From positions 1 to 45,060 of the IMG/VR virus record IMGVR_UViG_3300017909_001370: 45,060 nt of DNA; one strand, given 5' to 3'. Every line of letters begins with the position of its first letter. Within the stretch, counting starts at the first letter, position 1. Origin of the DNA: a virus. Lineage: Duplodnaviria > Caudoviricetes. Under the pieces are notes generated by a model that saw nothing but the letters and a program-made list of their open reading frames with translations, made no database searches and was not told where the DNA came from. This document shows, one piece after another, positions 1-8,591 of the stretch. The position numbers and the translations under genes are program-made.

Positions 1-1354
1 CACCTGCCTTGCGTAATACTTTTTCTAGTTCTTTGTTTTTCCTAATGAACGTACCCTTCGCGCTTTGTTCAGTGAAAACATTAGCGGCCCAAGGCTCAAT
101 GCCAGGACTAACATTACCGGCAAGCTTACTATTAGACACAGTAGGAGCAACAGCCCTAAGATGAGTGTTACGAAAGCCAGTGCCACGACACCAAAGAGGT
201 TCGCCATAAACCTCAGCAAGAGCTCTTGACGCGCGTTCACTCTCAATTTTAATCTGTGAAAATATACGTCTTGTTTGGAATTGAGCTTGTAGTCCCTCAA
301 AGGGTATGCCGTTTTGTTGAAGATACGTATGCCAACCAAGGACTCCCAGGCCGAGTGCACGCCCTTTTTCTGCAGAACGTACAGCGTTTGAGAAACCTTT
401 GAGACCTTTAGCTTTTTGTAAAAACTCTTCAAGAACTCCGTCAAGGAACCAAATAGCATCATGTATAATGTTTGTATTTTTCCATTCTTCATATTTAGCT
501 AAATTTAATGATGATAAGCAACACACAAAACTGTGTGACTCGTCTGTATGCAATGTTATTTCACTGCATATATTTGTCATATGCACTTTTAGTGCGTTAT
601 CTTTGTAAGCTGCTGGATTCGCTTTGTTAGTATTTCCTTTAAACAATACATACGGCTCTCCAGTTGCTTTTCGCTTTCTAAGTAGTTTACTCCATCTATC
701 TCTAGCGTCCTTATCTCCTTGTTCAAGCTTACGCATAAACTTGTCACCAACAACTGCGCATTGATGTAAGTTAAGCGATTGTCTGTTAACATCGCCTTTA
801 GGCTCTCTGATTTCAAGCCATTCTTCAAAATCATCGTGGTCAATGTTGATGTTAACGCTTGCAGCTCCTCGCCTAACTGATCCTTGATTAGTCGCAAGGA
901 TTGTTGAATCGTAGATTTTGCAAAAAGGTACAACTCCGTCTGATGTTCCATTTCCTGTTATTGTCGCGCCGGCGGGTCTAATCATATTAATACCGATACC
1001 AACTCCACCGCCGTGCTTTGCGAGTAGCATCATTTCTAAATTCTTTTGACCTATGTCCAAGATACTATCAGCAACATCAATCCCAAAGCAGCTAATAGGC
1101 AAACCCCTATCAGTACCTGTATTAGATAGTACTGGGCTAGCGAGGCATAGCCAACCATTCCAGATGTATTCGAAGAAAGTTTCCGCCATTTCCGGCTTAT
1201 ATAATCTGCGAGCAACTGCCGTAGCAACCCGCATGTAAGCTTCTCTCGGCGACTCTCCTGCGAGTAAATATCCCCCGGATATAGTCTTCTTGTATACGTC
1301 GTTATTACCCCACGCAGGGTAATCCTCACCTTTTTTCCAGTTTTCATTCCACAT
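1..1354 (-). CDS. nrdA: Class I ribonucleotide reductase alpha subunit (runs off the left edge; absent from the ORF track)
   Basis: Manual translation from ATG at 1354: MWNENWKKGEDYPAWG...ASPVLSN...LPISCF...GGGVG...TNICSEI...CCLSSLN...LGLGVLG...AVAPTVSNS...GIEP. Open to base 1; no N-terminal ATP cone evident. Confidence 0.95.
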   Translation of the reverse strand, partial: MWNENWKKGEDYPAWGNNDVYKKTISGGYLLAGESPREAYMRVATAVARRLYKPEMAETFFEYIWNGWLCLASPVLSNTGTDRGLPISCFGIDVADSILDIGQKNLEMMLLAKHGGGVGIGINMIRPAGATITGNGTSDGVVPFCKIYDSTILATNQGSVRRGAASVNINIDHDDFEEWLEIREPKGDVNRQSLNLHQCAVVGDKFMRKLEQGDKDARDRWSKLLRKRKATGEPYVLFKGNTNKANPAAYKDNALKVHMTNICSEITLHTDESHSFVCCLSSLNLAKYEEWKNTNIIHDAIWFLDGVLEEFLQKAKGLKGFSNAVRSAEKGRALGLGVLGWHTYLQQNGIPFEGLQAQFQTRRIFSQIKIESERASRALAEVYGEPLWCRGTGFRNTHLRAVAPTVSNSKLAGNVSPGIEPWAANVFTEQSAKGTFIRKNKELEKVLRKAG

Positions 1355-1626
1355 TATGTAAAGTATAATATTGTGTAGGCAATTGCTACGTTTAAATTAA
1401 CCGCTACTAAGTTCCATTGTTTTGCAACAAATACTTGCGGTATTGAAATTACTCCTGCAATAATATAAGTTATTATACCTATATCATCCGGCAGTAGATG
1501 AGGACTAGTCATCATAAAACCAGTCCCCATATATCCTAATCTATTAGCCAATCTTTCTTCTGGCTTTAATCTTCGTTGTCTTACTAAATATTTTAATAGA
1601 CTACGTTTTGCTATAGAGCGTTTCAT
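1354..1626 (-). CDS. Small membrane protein (about 3 TM) between nrdB and nrdA
   Basis: Three hydrophobic segments; its stop codon overlaps the nrdA start (TAATG). Confidence 0.7.
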   Translation of the reverse strand: MKRSIAKRSLLKYLVRQRRLKPEERLANRLGYMGTGFMMTSPHLLPDDIGIITYIIAGVISIPQVFVAKQWNLVAVNLNVAIAYTILYFT

Positions 1627-1649
1627 ATATTTCTTTCTCTGTTATTAGA

Positions 1650-2618
1650 TTACCAAATGTCTTCGAAGTCTTCCCCTTCGTTAGCTTTAGAATAATCTGT
1701 TGACCGAATTGAGAAAAAATCAGTATGAGTAACCCCGCCGGTAAGATGATAGAACCAATCAAGATTAGCTGCTGCTTTCTTGTCAAACGCAAAATGCGAT
1801 GCCAGGTCTGTGTAACCAAGTTCAACCAGTTTTTCATTTGCTCTCTTTTTAATAAAATGTGTTAAGTCATGTGCACTTATACCTTCAACATCCCCCATTT
1901 CAAACATCTTGTCTATATATTTAGTTTCAAGATTTACCATTGTTTCAGCGGCTTTTATTATATCTTCTCGACATAAATGCAGTAATTGATTGTTTTCTTT
2001 GCACATATCACGAAATAACTTACAGCCCATTTTGCTGTGAAGAGATTCATCTCTAACACTCCACTTCATTTGTTGCCCTATACCTTTTAATAAGTTTCTT
2101 AATTGAAAAGAATAGAGAACAGCAAAAGCAGAATATAAACTAACCCCTTCAGCAAAAGCGCTAAACACAGCAAGAGACTTGCCAATACCAACAGAGCTTG
2201 TCCCGCCATAACTAACCAGGTTGTCAAACCTTTCAGCAGTTGCAGGCTCATGTAAAAAGGCTTCATAATCTTCAAGACCAAGTGTTTCATTTAAATAACT
2301 ATAAGCTACAGCATGTATTGTTTCTTGTGAGCCGAACATCATAGCCATTTGCTGTATCTCATGTTTAGGAAACCATGATACGACTTTTTGTGTCCAATAA
2401 TCTGACACTGCGCACTCTGTTTGTGCGAAACCTAATAGTATGTTACCTACCAGGTTTTTCTCTTCGGGTGTTAATTTTTCTTTCCAATCTTTTATATCAC
2501 CCTGCATGGGTATTTCGGTATGAAGCCAAAATGCCTGTGCTTGCTTAAGCCACCCCTCTGTGTAATACTCCGGATATTCGAATGGCTTATACGGTATACG
2601 TTTATCAAACAATCCCAT
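1650..2618 (-). CDS. nrdB: Class I ribonucleotide reductase beta subunit
   Basis: FW..TEI, AQTE, ETIHAVAY, EGVSLYSAF, RDESLH and C-terminal DFF..R..DY ferritin-like R2 motifs. Confidence 0.95.
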   Translation of the reverse strand: MGLFDKRIPYKPFEYPEYYTEGWLKQAQAFWLHTEIPMQGDIKDWKEKLTPEEKNLVGNILLGFAQTECAVSDYWTQKVVSWFPKHEIQQMAMMFGSQETIHAVAYSYLNETLGLEDYEAFLHEPATAERFDNLVSYGGTSSVGIGKSLAVFSAFAEGVSLYSAFAVLYSFQLRNLLKGIGQQMKWSVRDESLHSKMGCKLFRDMCKENNQLLHLCREDIIKAAETMVNLETKYIDKMFEMGDVEGISAHDLTHFIKKRANEKLVELGYTDLASHFAFDKKAAANLDWFYHLTGGVTHTDFFSIRSTDYSKANEGEDFEDIW

Positions 2619-2776
2619 TACTTATACGTTTCTATTGCTAAGTCTAGAAATGGCACATAAAAAACGTGTGCTGTTTGATTTTCTTCTACGTATGATCTCA
2701 TACCAAATAGTATACCTGGATAAAATCCGAATGATATGGACCACCTAACGTCCTTGCCCCCTATATTTTTTGACAT
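2618..2776 (-). CDS. Hypothetical protein, 52 aa (MSKNIGGKDVRWSISFGFYPGILFG...)
   Basis: Manual ORF below the track cutoff; stop overlaps the nrdB start. Confidence 0.6.
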   Translation of the reverse strand: MSKNIGGKDVRWSISFGFYPGILFGMRSYVEENQTAHVFYVPFLDLAIETYK

Positions 2777-2879
2777 AATTTTTACTTTGTTTATTGTTAC
2801 TGTGTTTTGTTTTCGCTTTAACGCCTGGGCGTTTCTTTTTGGGTTTTTCTATATAATTACCTATAACTAATCTAGCCAT
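2745..2879 (-). CDS. Small very basic protein, 44 aa, ending KKYRGQGR
   Basis: Manual ORF packed within the operon. Confidence 0.6.
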   Translation of the reverse strand: MARLVIGNYIEKPKKKRPGVKAKTKHSNNKQSKNYVKKYRGQGR

Positions 2880-3045
2880 AACATTTTATTCCGTATTTGT
2901 TTTGATATTCAATTAATTCTGTGTATAGCACTTTTCCGCGTACTTCCCAACTCCATTTAACAAACTTATCAATTTGCCTTTCTGCGTACTTTTGTCTGGC
3001 TATTCTTTTTGCTTGTTTAGTATTAGCTGTACTGTTCTGTCGCAT
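2872..3045 (-). CDS. Hypothetical protein, 57 aa (MRQNSTANTKQAKRIARQKYAERQIDKFVKWSW...)
   Basis: Manual ORF filling the gap, overlapping both neighbours. Confidence 0.5.
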   Translation of the reverse strand: MRQNSTANTKQAKRIARQKYAERQIDKFVKWSWEVRGKVLYTELIEYQNKYGIKCYG

Positions 3046-3464
3046 TCTGCTTGATTTTGTGGTTTGTATAAAGTTATATTAGGAAATTGTTCGGTGACTA
3101 ATTTTTTAAATAACTTCCAACGCATTGGAAAAGACTCATTAGCTCTGCCTTTACATTCAATAATAAAGTCGTCGCCAATAAAGTCTGGAGTGTATTTAAT
3201 TGGTAATATACGTTTAGCACCTCTGTTTTTGTATTCTCCTTTTCCATTTGCTTGTCTTGCGTAACATTCGTTTTCAAAATGAAAACCGTTTAATAAAACA
3301 AACGTCTCTCCTTCATATTTAGCTTTAATATTATTTTTCTTTAAAGCCATATACATGTAGCGTTCAAGACCGGACGCGAAGTTAATACCATCGTATGTTA
3401 CTTTCTTCGCAACAACCGGCCCACGCTTTTTTCTTTTATAAGGTTTCCTCTTCATGTACTTCAA
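3000..3464 (-). CDS. T7 endonuclease I-like PD-(D/E)xK nuclease (putative resolvase)
   Basis: FASGLE, YE, YTPDF, IECKG motifs. Confidence 0.8.
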   Translation of the reverse strand: MKYMKRKPYKRKKRGPVVAKKVTYDGINFASGLERYMYMALKKNNIKAKYEGETFVLLNGFHFENECYARQANGKGEYKNRGAKRILPIKYTPDFIGDDFIIECKGRANESFPMRWKLFKKLVTEQFPNITLYKPQNQAECDRTVQLILNKQKE

Positions 3465-3699
3465 TGCTTCTTAATAATGCCTCTTGCATTTCTTCTGTAG
3501 TTGTTTCTTTTAACTTTTGAAGATACAATACAGCATCCATTAGTTCTTCTTGCAAATGATTAATCCATTGAAATATATTAGATTTGTCATCTTCAAGTGT
3601 TACTTTGTATTTTGCATAGCCTACATCAGAGCGATCAACGAACTTATCAACTACACGTTCAACTACAGGGTCTCTAAATTTTATTTCTTTTTTATTCAT
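3436..3699 (-). CDS. Small all-alpha NTP-pyrophosphohydrolase-like protein
   Basis: G.AKY and WINHLQEELMDAVLY (EExxD) pattern. Confidence 0.55.
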   Translation of the reverse strand: MNKKEIKFRDPVVERVVDKFVDRSDVGYAKYKVTLEDDKSNIFQWINHLQEELMDAVLYLQKLKETTTEEMQEALLRSIEVHEEETL

Positions 3700-4459
3700 C
3701 TTTTACAAATGTTCCGTTAATCATTTTACCTGTTCTTGCTGCTATTTCTTGATAAGCCGAGTCAATACAATCTTCTATTTCAGTTCCGTGTAAATGTGCT
3801 AAGTTTGTAAGCACAACAACCATGTCGCCAATAGCATCATTTATTTCATCATGGTCATCATTAAGCAATGCTTTAGCTAACTCGCCTGCTTCTTCCATAA
3901 GTTTTGTATATTGCACAATAGTATTACCTTCGTCATATATACCACGAACAGCAGCCCAGTCACGTATTAGATCAAACCTGTTGTCTTCTAAGTTGGTTGG
4001 CTTTGGATTATGCTCTGGATTAAAAAAGGCTTCATAAAAAGCCTTATTATAAATATAGCTTCGATCATCATTAAACATCGAGGTTTTAGCATTTTGCATT
4101 ATCCAAGGTACATGCTCCTTAGCTAATTTAAATTTGTACTCAGGTGTTTCCCATTCTAATCCTATATTATCCATAAGATTGCCTTTAAGTTTATTTAAAG
4201 GAACAGGAAACGTACTTGTTTGTTCTGTTGGGTTTATTTTCATATTTGATTTAAATAAATTTTTATATAATGTTCTGTCTTTTTTATAGCCATAAGACTG
4301 TTGAAGTTCTAACTCTTTCATTGATATATAGTCTATATCAGTACTAGTAAGTAGAACTTCATATTCATCTGGTGCATAACCTTGCTGCTCCGTAACCCTG
4401 TTATTAAGATTACGTGTAACTCCGATTTTTTTACCAGGAATGTGATATAAATAATACAT
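3692..4459 (-). CDS. Fusion of an N-terminal GIY-YIG-like domain and a C-terminal MazG-like NTP pyrophosphohydrolase
   Basis: N-term YLY-x5-KIGVT-x5-R...E; C-term KLMEEAGELA...DAIGDMVVVL...AY.EI..R.GKM.NGTFVK. Confidence 0.75.
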   Translation of the reverse strand: MYYLYHIPGKKIGVTRNLNNRVTEQQGYAPDEYEVLLTSTDIDYISMKELELQQSYGYKKDRTLYKNLFKSNMKINPTEQTSTFPVPLNKLKGNLMDNIGLEWETPEYKFKLAKEHVPWIMQNAKTSMFNDDRSYIYNKAFYEAFFNPEHNPKPTNLEDNRFDLIRDWAAVRGIYDEGNTIVQYTKLMEEAGELAKALLNDDHDEINDAIGDMVVVLTNLAHLHGTEIEDCIDSAYQEIAARTGKMINGTFVKDE

Positions 4460-4463
4460 ATTT

Positions 4464-5273
4464 TTAAACAGCTACTGGCGCGGTAATTACTTTGCCGGGT
4501 TTGTAATTGTTTAAAGTTAACACGCCATTATGAAAAGCATAAGTTGGCGCGCCTTCAAACTCTTCGTTTAAATATTCATCTACAGCTTGTTGCTGGTTTT
4601 TATATATGTGTGCATCAATAAACTTTACATTTAAGCGTTTAGCATTATAACCCGTTTTCTCTGCAATATACAGTAGTATTTGAGCAAACAAAGCCATATC
4701 GTAAGGAACACCTAAAAATATATCTGCACTTCTTTGCAGAGCAAACATATGAATGTCGTTGCCTTCAACAAAAAACTGAAAGTAAAGATAGCAAGGAGGC
4801 AAAGCCATTTCTTCAAGCTGTGCTGGATTCCATAAACTTATTATATGACGTCTGCTATCAGGCTTATCGTTTATATTCTTTATTACGGCCTCTAATTGAT
4901 CAAATCCTTGGCTATTAAAGTTTCTAAGCTGATGACCGTATACAGGCCCTAAGTCGCCATTTTCATCTGCCCATTCGTTCCATATTTTATTATTTGCTTC
5001 TTGCAAAGACTTTATATTTGTTTCGCCGTTAATAAACCATTTAAATTCTGATTTAAAAATATGAGGAAACATTTTACGACCGCTTAATATAGGAAAATGC
5101 TTTGATATATCTATGTCAATATCTAAAGAAAATCTTGAAGCACAGCCAACACCTGTTCTTTCGTTATCACGAATAACATGGTTTTCCATAACATCAAAAA
5201 GCAAATCTCTATATTGCAATTCGTAATCCGCCTCTGCGTACTCAGGCTCTAGGTTATTTATTGTATTTCTCAT
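4464..5273 (-). CDS. thyA: Thymidylate synthase family protein, atypical (possible dCMP methylase/hydroxymethylase)
   Basis: RTG.G, IWNEW, LGPVYG.Q.R, SRRHI, LPPC, QRSAD.FLG.P, DAHIY and C-terminal APVAV. Has PCY instead of PCH and PYD instead of PFN. Confidence 0.9.
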   Translation of the reverse strand: MRNTINNLEPEYAEADYELQYRDLLFDVMENHVIRDNERTGVGCASRFSLDIDIDISKHFPILSGRKMFPHIFKSEFKWFINGETNIKSLQEANNKIWNEWADENGDLGPVYGHQLRNFNSQGFDQLEAVIKNINDKPDSRRHIISLWNPAQLEEMALPPCYLYFQFFVEGNDIHMFALQRSADIFLGVPYDMALFAQILLYIAEKTGYNAKRLNVKFIDAHIYKNQQQAVDEYLNEEFEGAPTYAFHNGVLTLNNYKPGKVITAPVAV

Positions 5274-5529
5274 AATAGTATTTACACATTTTGTAATATT
5301 CTGGCCAAATTGTTTTTCTACAATACTTGCTTGGCGACAAGTGTGGTTTCTCCCATTTTTTGTATGGACCTAAACTAATGGCTATATGCCAATGATCTGG
5401 GTCATTTAATATACCATAAGGTGAAATTCTTATATTGTTTTTTACACAGTACCTATACCATTTAAATTCTTCTTCGCTTCTTGTGTAAGCCGGCATTGGC
5501 TTTGCTCTTTTACCATATAAGCTTTTCAT
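5254..5529 (-). CDS. Hypothetical protein
   Basis: ORF track; overlaps both neighbours. Confidence 0.65.
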   Translation of the reverse strand: MKSLYGKRAKPMPAYTRSEEEFKWYRYCVKNNIRISPYGILNDPDHWHIAISLGPYKKWEKPHLSPSKYCRKTIWPEYYKMCKYYYEKYNK

Positions 5530-7238
5530 TATTCCCAGGGCATTGGCTCAGCCGTTAAATTTAATTGTTCGTGTGGTATAAAGCATCCTGACTTTGGTTC
5601 CCATTTAAAATGAGCTTCAGCACCATTCTCGCCTAGGTTTTGAAATTTAACTTTAAGTATTTTAGCTTTAACAGTTTTTTCTTCATAATTTCTATGCACT
5701 AATATACCATGGTAGCTAGCATCATACCATTCACCTCCACCTTTAATGTTATACATAGTCGGCTCTTCAATTTGCCCGTCTGCACCTTTATACATTTTAG
5801 TCGGGTGTGCTACAATAAACACAAGCACATCATACTTCTTACAAAACATTTCAATCTTCTGTAAGTAATCCATAGTATAACGGTTAACATCATCTGAAAC
5901 TGCATCTACATCGCGTATTTTATTAAACGGGTCTATAACCAAACATTTAATACCCTTACGCTTAACAAGCTCAGCTCCTTTCTTTAAAACAGATTCAAGC
6001 GTATATCGCTCCATATCTATAAAGAAATAATTATCATTTACGTGCTCAGCTACTTGGTTCCATTTATCTGTACCAATATCTGATTTACGCGGCATATCTT
6101 GCCACGTTTTACGCATTAACTTATGAGCATGTAAATATGTCGGCGCATTTTCTGGACTAGCGAATGCTGTTTTCCAACCGTAATTAGCGTTATACCCAAC
6201 AACCATTTGGTCGACAAAGTCACTCTTGCCGGAAGAAGGGATCCCAGTGACAGTAATAAATTGACCAGTGTAAGTTGAAAATATGTCATCAAAATTTTGT
6301 AAGCCAATTTGAAATCCTGGCTTAAAGCCATTAGTAACAAAATCGGTAACTTCGTTTTCAATATCCCTGAATGTCGTAACATTCTCAAGCGGTACTGGTC
6401 GTGCCCTTGAAATACGCTCTGCCAATTTTTCTGGTCCATGTTCTAATAAATATTCGTTAGCGTCTTTGCAGCCGTTAAAATCAACTAAGTAGCAAACTTC
6501 AGCACCAAGCCTACGTATAAGTTCTTGTTGTAATGCTTGCCCAGCTTCGTCTGAATCTACGGCCAATATAACTTTCTCTTTGTCCTCGAAATAATCTATA
6601 CAATTGTCTAAGTAATCTAAGTTGTTAGTATTAAGTGTTGCGCCATTAGGAACTGATATTGCATTTTCAATACCAGCTTCGTGTAGTGCAAGCACATCCA
6701 TTTCGCCTTCAACTATAATACAATATTCCCAACCAACTATGCTGTCTATATTGTAAAATACCTTCTCGGCTCCTTTATATAATTTAAAGTTCTTTCTTCC
6801 ATCGCGGTATTTAATATTAATTAAATCGCCACCCATAAAATAATTGAACTTTATTGTATTCTCGGTCTTACCGGTTTGCGGCATATACTCAGGACCCTCC
6901 GAGACTTTTAAATCTTGAAGGGTCTGAGCAGATATTCCGCGAGTCTTAAACCATTCCTCAACTTTCGTTTCGGGTTTGCTATACACAATCGGCTCGGGTC
7001 TTTCGTAAACTTTTTCAGCTTTACCTTTGCGTTGATATGTATGCAACTGGAATGATTTGTTACAATTATGACAAGTACCGAGACCCCGTTCCCAATCGTA
7101 CGAAGCACATTGTTTATTGTGATTCTTGGGTTTCCTACACTTTTTAGAATCAGGACAAACGCCCTGAGACTTTCCTTCTGGTAGGCCATGTACATTGAAC
7201 TGGTCAATGACAAATCCATTGATCTCTGTTGTCTGCAT
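5529..7238 (-). CDS. Primase-helicase (T7 gp4/Twinkle-like)
   Basis: N-terminal Cys zinc-binding domain, TOPRIM (VEGEMD, AVDSDEAG, KDANE), Walker A GIPSSGKS, LVIDP, VAHP. Confidence 0.93.
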   Translation of the reverse strand: MQTTEINGFVIDQFNVHGLPEGKSQGVCPDSKKCRKPKNHNKQCASYDWERGLGTCHNCNKSFQLHTYQRKGKAEKVYERPEPIVYSKPETKVEEWFKTRGISAQTLQDLKVSEGPEYMPQTGKTENTIKFNYFMGGDLINIKYRDGRKNFKLYKGAEKVFYNIDSIVGWEYCIIVEGEMDVLALHEAGIENAISVPNGATLNTNNLDYLDNCIDYFEDKEKVILAVDSDEAGQALQQELIRRLGAEVCYLVDFNGCKDANEYLLEHGPEKLAERISRARPVPLENVTTFRDIENEVTDFVTNGFKPGFQIGLQNFDDIFSTYTGQFITVTGIPSSGKSDFVDQMVVGYNANYGWKTAFASPENAPTYLHAHKLMRKTWQDMPRKSDIGTDKWNQVAEHVNDNYFFIDMERYTLESVLKKGAELVKRKGIKCLVIDPFNKIRDVDAVSDDVNRYTMDYLQKIEMFCKKYDVLVFIVAHPTKMYKGADGQIEEPTMYNIKGGGEWYDASYHGILVHRNYEEKTVKAKILKVKFQNLGENGAEAHFKWEPKSGCFIPHEQLNLTAEPMPWE

Positions 7239-7255
7239 TTAATTTAATTTAATTA

Positions 7256-7366
7256 TTAGTTCTCATCTCTACAATCTGGGCATATATCACAAAAGTCATA
7301 TTCCTCTTGAGACATACCCGCGTGGCATATTTGACACGCTAACTCACCATTATTCTTGTAGTGCAT
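7256..7366 (-). CDS. 36-aa zinc-finger peptide (CQIC...CDICPDC)
   Basis: Manual ORF; start overlaps the stop of the upstream gene. Confidence 0.55.
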   Translation of the reverse strand: MHYKNNGELACQICHAGMSQEEYDFCDICPDCRDEN

Positions 7367-7677
7367 TAGAACGGTAAATCATCCGCTGGTGCAGGAGCTG
7401 CAACTGCTGGAGCTGCTTGCTCATCTTGTCTAGGTGCCGTAGGCACATTTTCGCCGTTAGTCCAAACAACTTGAACATTACCTAAATAGGTTTTGTTCTG
7501 CTTGGCCTCACGCTCTTCTTTGGTTTGAGCTACAACAATCGGCCCTTGGTTACCAAACTGGTCAACTTCATCGTTTAGCGTAATTGTGATAGGTAAGTAT
7601 TTACCTTTCTTGCCAACAATAACTTTGTCCTTTGGTATCTCAGACAGATTTAAACTCGCTTTAATTATACTTGCCAT
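7366..7677 (-). CDS. Probable single-stranded DNA-binding protein
   Basis: Beta-rich core, Ala/Pro linker and acidic DDLPF C-terminal tip; recombination context. Confidence 0.7.
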   Translation of the reverse strand: MASIIKASLNLSEIPKDKVIVGKKGKYLPITITLNDEVDQFGNQGPIVVAQTKEEREAKQNKTYLGNVQVVWTNGENVPTAPRQDEQAAPAVAAPAPADDLPF

Positions 7678-7856
7678 TATACGTAAGCATTTAACTGATT
7701 AAACATTCTTTGCAACTGATCTTTAGTTGCGCCAGTAGTACGTCTTAAATTGTCTACTGCTTTTACATGGTTTTGGTTATTGTAGAAGTTATCTACACTC
7801 GTTTCCATTCCTGTAACTGTACATACTCTTGTTTTGGGTTTTCTGGTTCTTGCCAT
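7677..7856 (-). CDS. Hypothetical protein, 59 aa (MARTRKPKTRVCTVTG...)
   Basis: Manual ORF; stop overlaps the SSB start. Confidence 0.6.
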   Translation of the reverse strand: MARTRKPKTRVCTVTGMETSVDNFYNNQNHVKAVDNLRRTTGATKDQLQRMFNQLNAYV

Positions 7857-7859
7857 TGT

Positions 7860-8591
7860 TTAAAGGGTTTTATTAATAAAATAATTACTAGGATCAAAAT
7901 CCTCGTTCTGATAGAACAATTTGTATTGTTCTGCTGCTTGTTGGACTTTGTCTGCGCCACGCTGATAAAACTCAGGTGAACAGTCAAATATTCCTATTTG
8001 GTGTGTAGTCTTGTCTATAACTATAAAGACCATTTCATAACCAAATAATTTACTATAAATATAAGCTTGCGAGTCATAATTATATCGCCATGCAGAACTA
8101 CGAAATTTATTTACATCAGCTGTTGTTTTCAAATCAATTACCAATCCTTCTTCGTGGTTAACAATATCAGCTTTACCTTTCCATTGTAATTCTTCAAGCT
8201 TTGTAATTCCAGGTTTTTCGTATTCTACTTGTTGACCTTTTATTAGTCCACGACAAACATTGTTTTCCATTATTTTGTCTGTCATTAAATCTATTTGATC
8301 AACCTCATGTTGTAGAAGACAAAGCTCGCCACCTGAAATCTCTTTATACGCTTTGGTATTCCGCGTAGTGCTTTCAATCACTTTATACTTTTTCAGTTTA
8401 TCTGGTTCAAGTATTGCAGTGTGAAAGTAACCGCCAACTAAAAATGCAGCTGACGGTTTTGATGGTTCACCGAGCGCTAAAGGGTTTGTTAATAGAGTTG
8501 ATATATCACTGTTTGATAAGTATTGTTTACCGAACTCACCGTAATAGTGATCGTCATCTCTTAACTTCTCTATAGCCTCTTCTTTACTCAT
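7860..8591 (-). CDS. RecE/exonuclease VIII-like PD-(D/E)xK exonuclease
   Basis: LSNS, G..FH.AILEP, KGKAD, IDLKTT, Y..QA..Y motifs. Confidence 0.85.
   Translation of the reverse strand: MSKEEAIEKLRDDDHYYGEFGKQYLSNSDISTLLTNPLALGEPSKPSAAFLVGGYFHTAILEPDKLKKYKVIESTTRNTKAYKEISGGELCLLQHEVDQIDLMTDKIMENNVCRGLIKGQQVEYEKPGITKLEELQWKGKADIVNHEEGLVIDLKTTADVNKFRSSAWRYNYDSQAYIYSKLFGYEMVFIVIDKTTHQIGIFDCSPEFYQRGADKVQQAAEQYKLFYQNEDFDPSNYFINKTL

Noticed and set aside
25-1347. Track ORFs 25..492, 589..951, 1051..1347 and plus-strand ORFs in this interval
   Set aside because: Off-frame or antisense shadows of the continuous nrdA frame starting at 1354.
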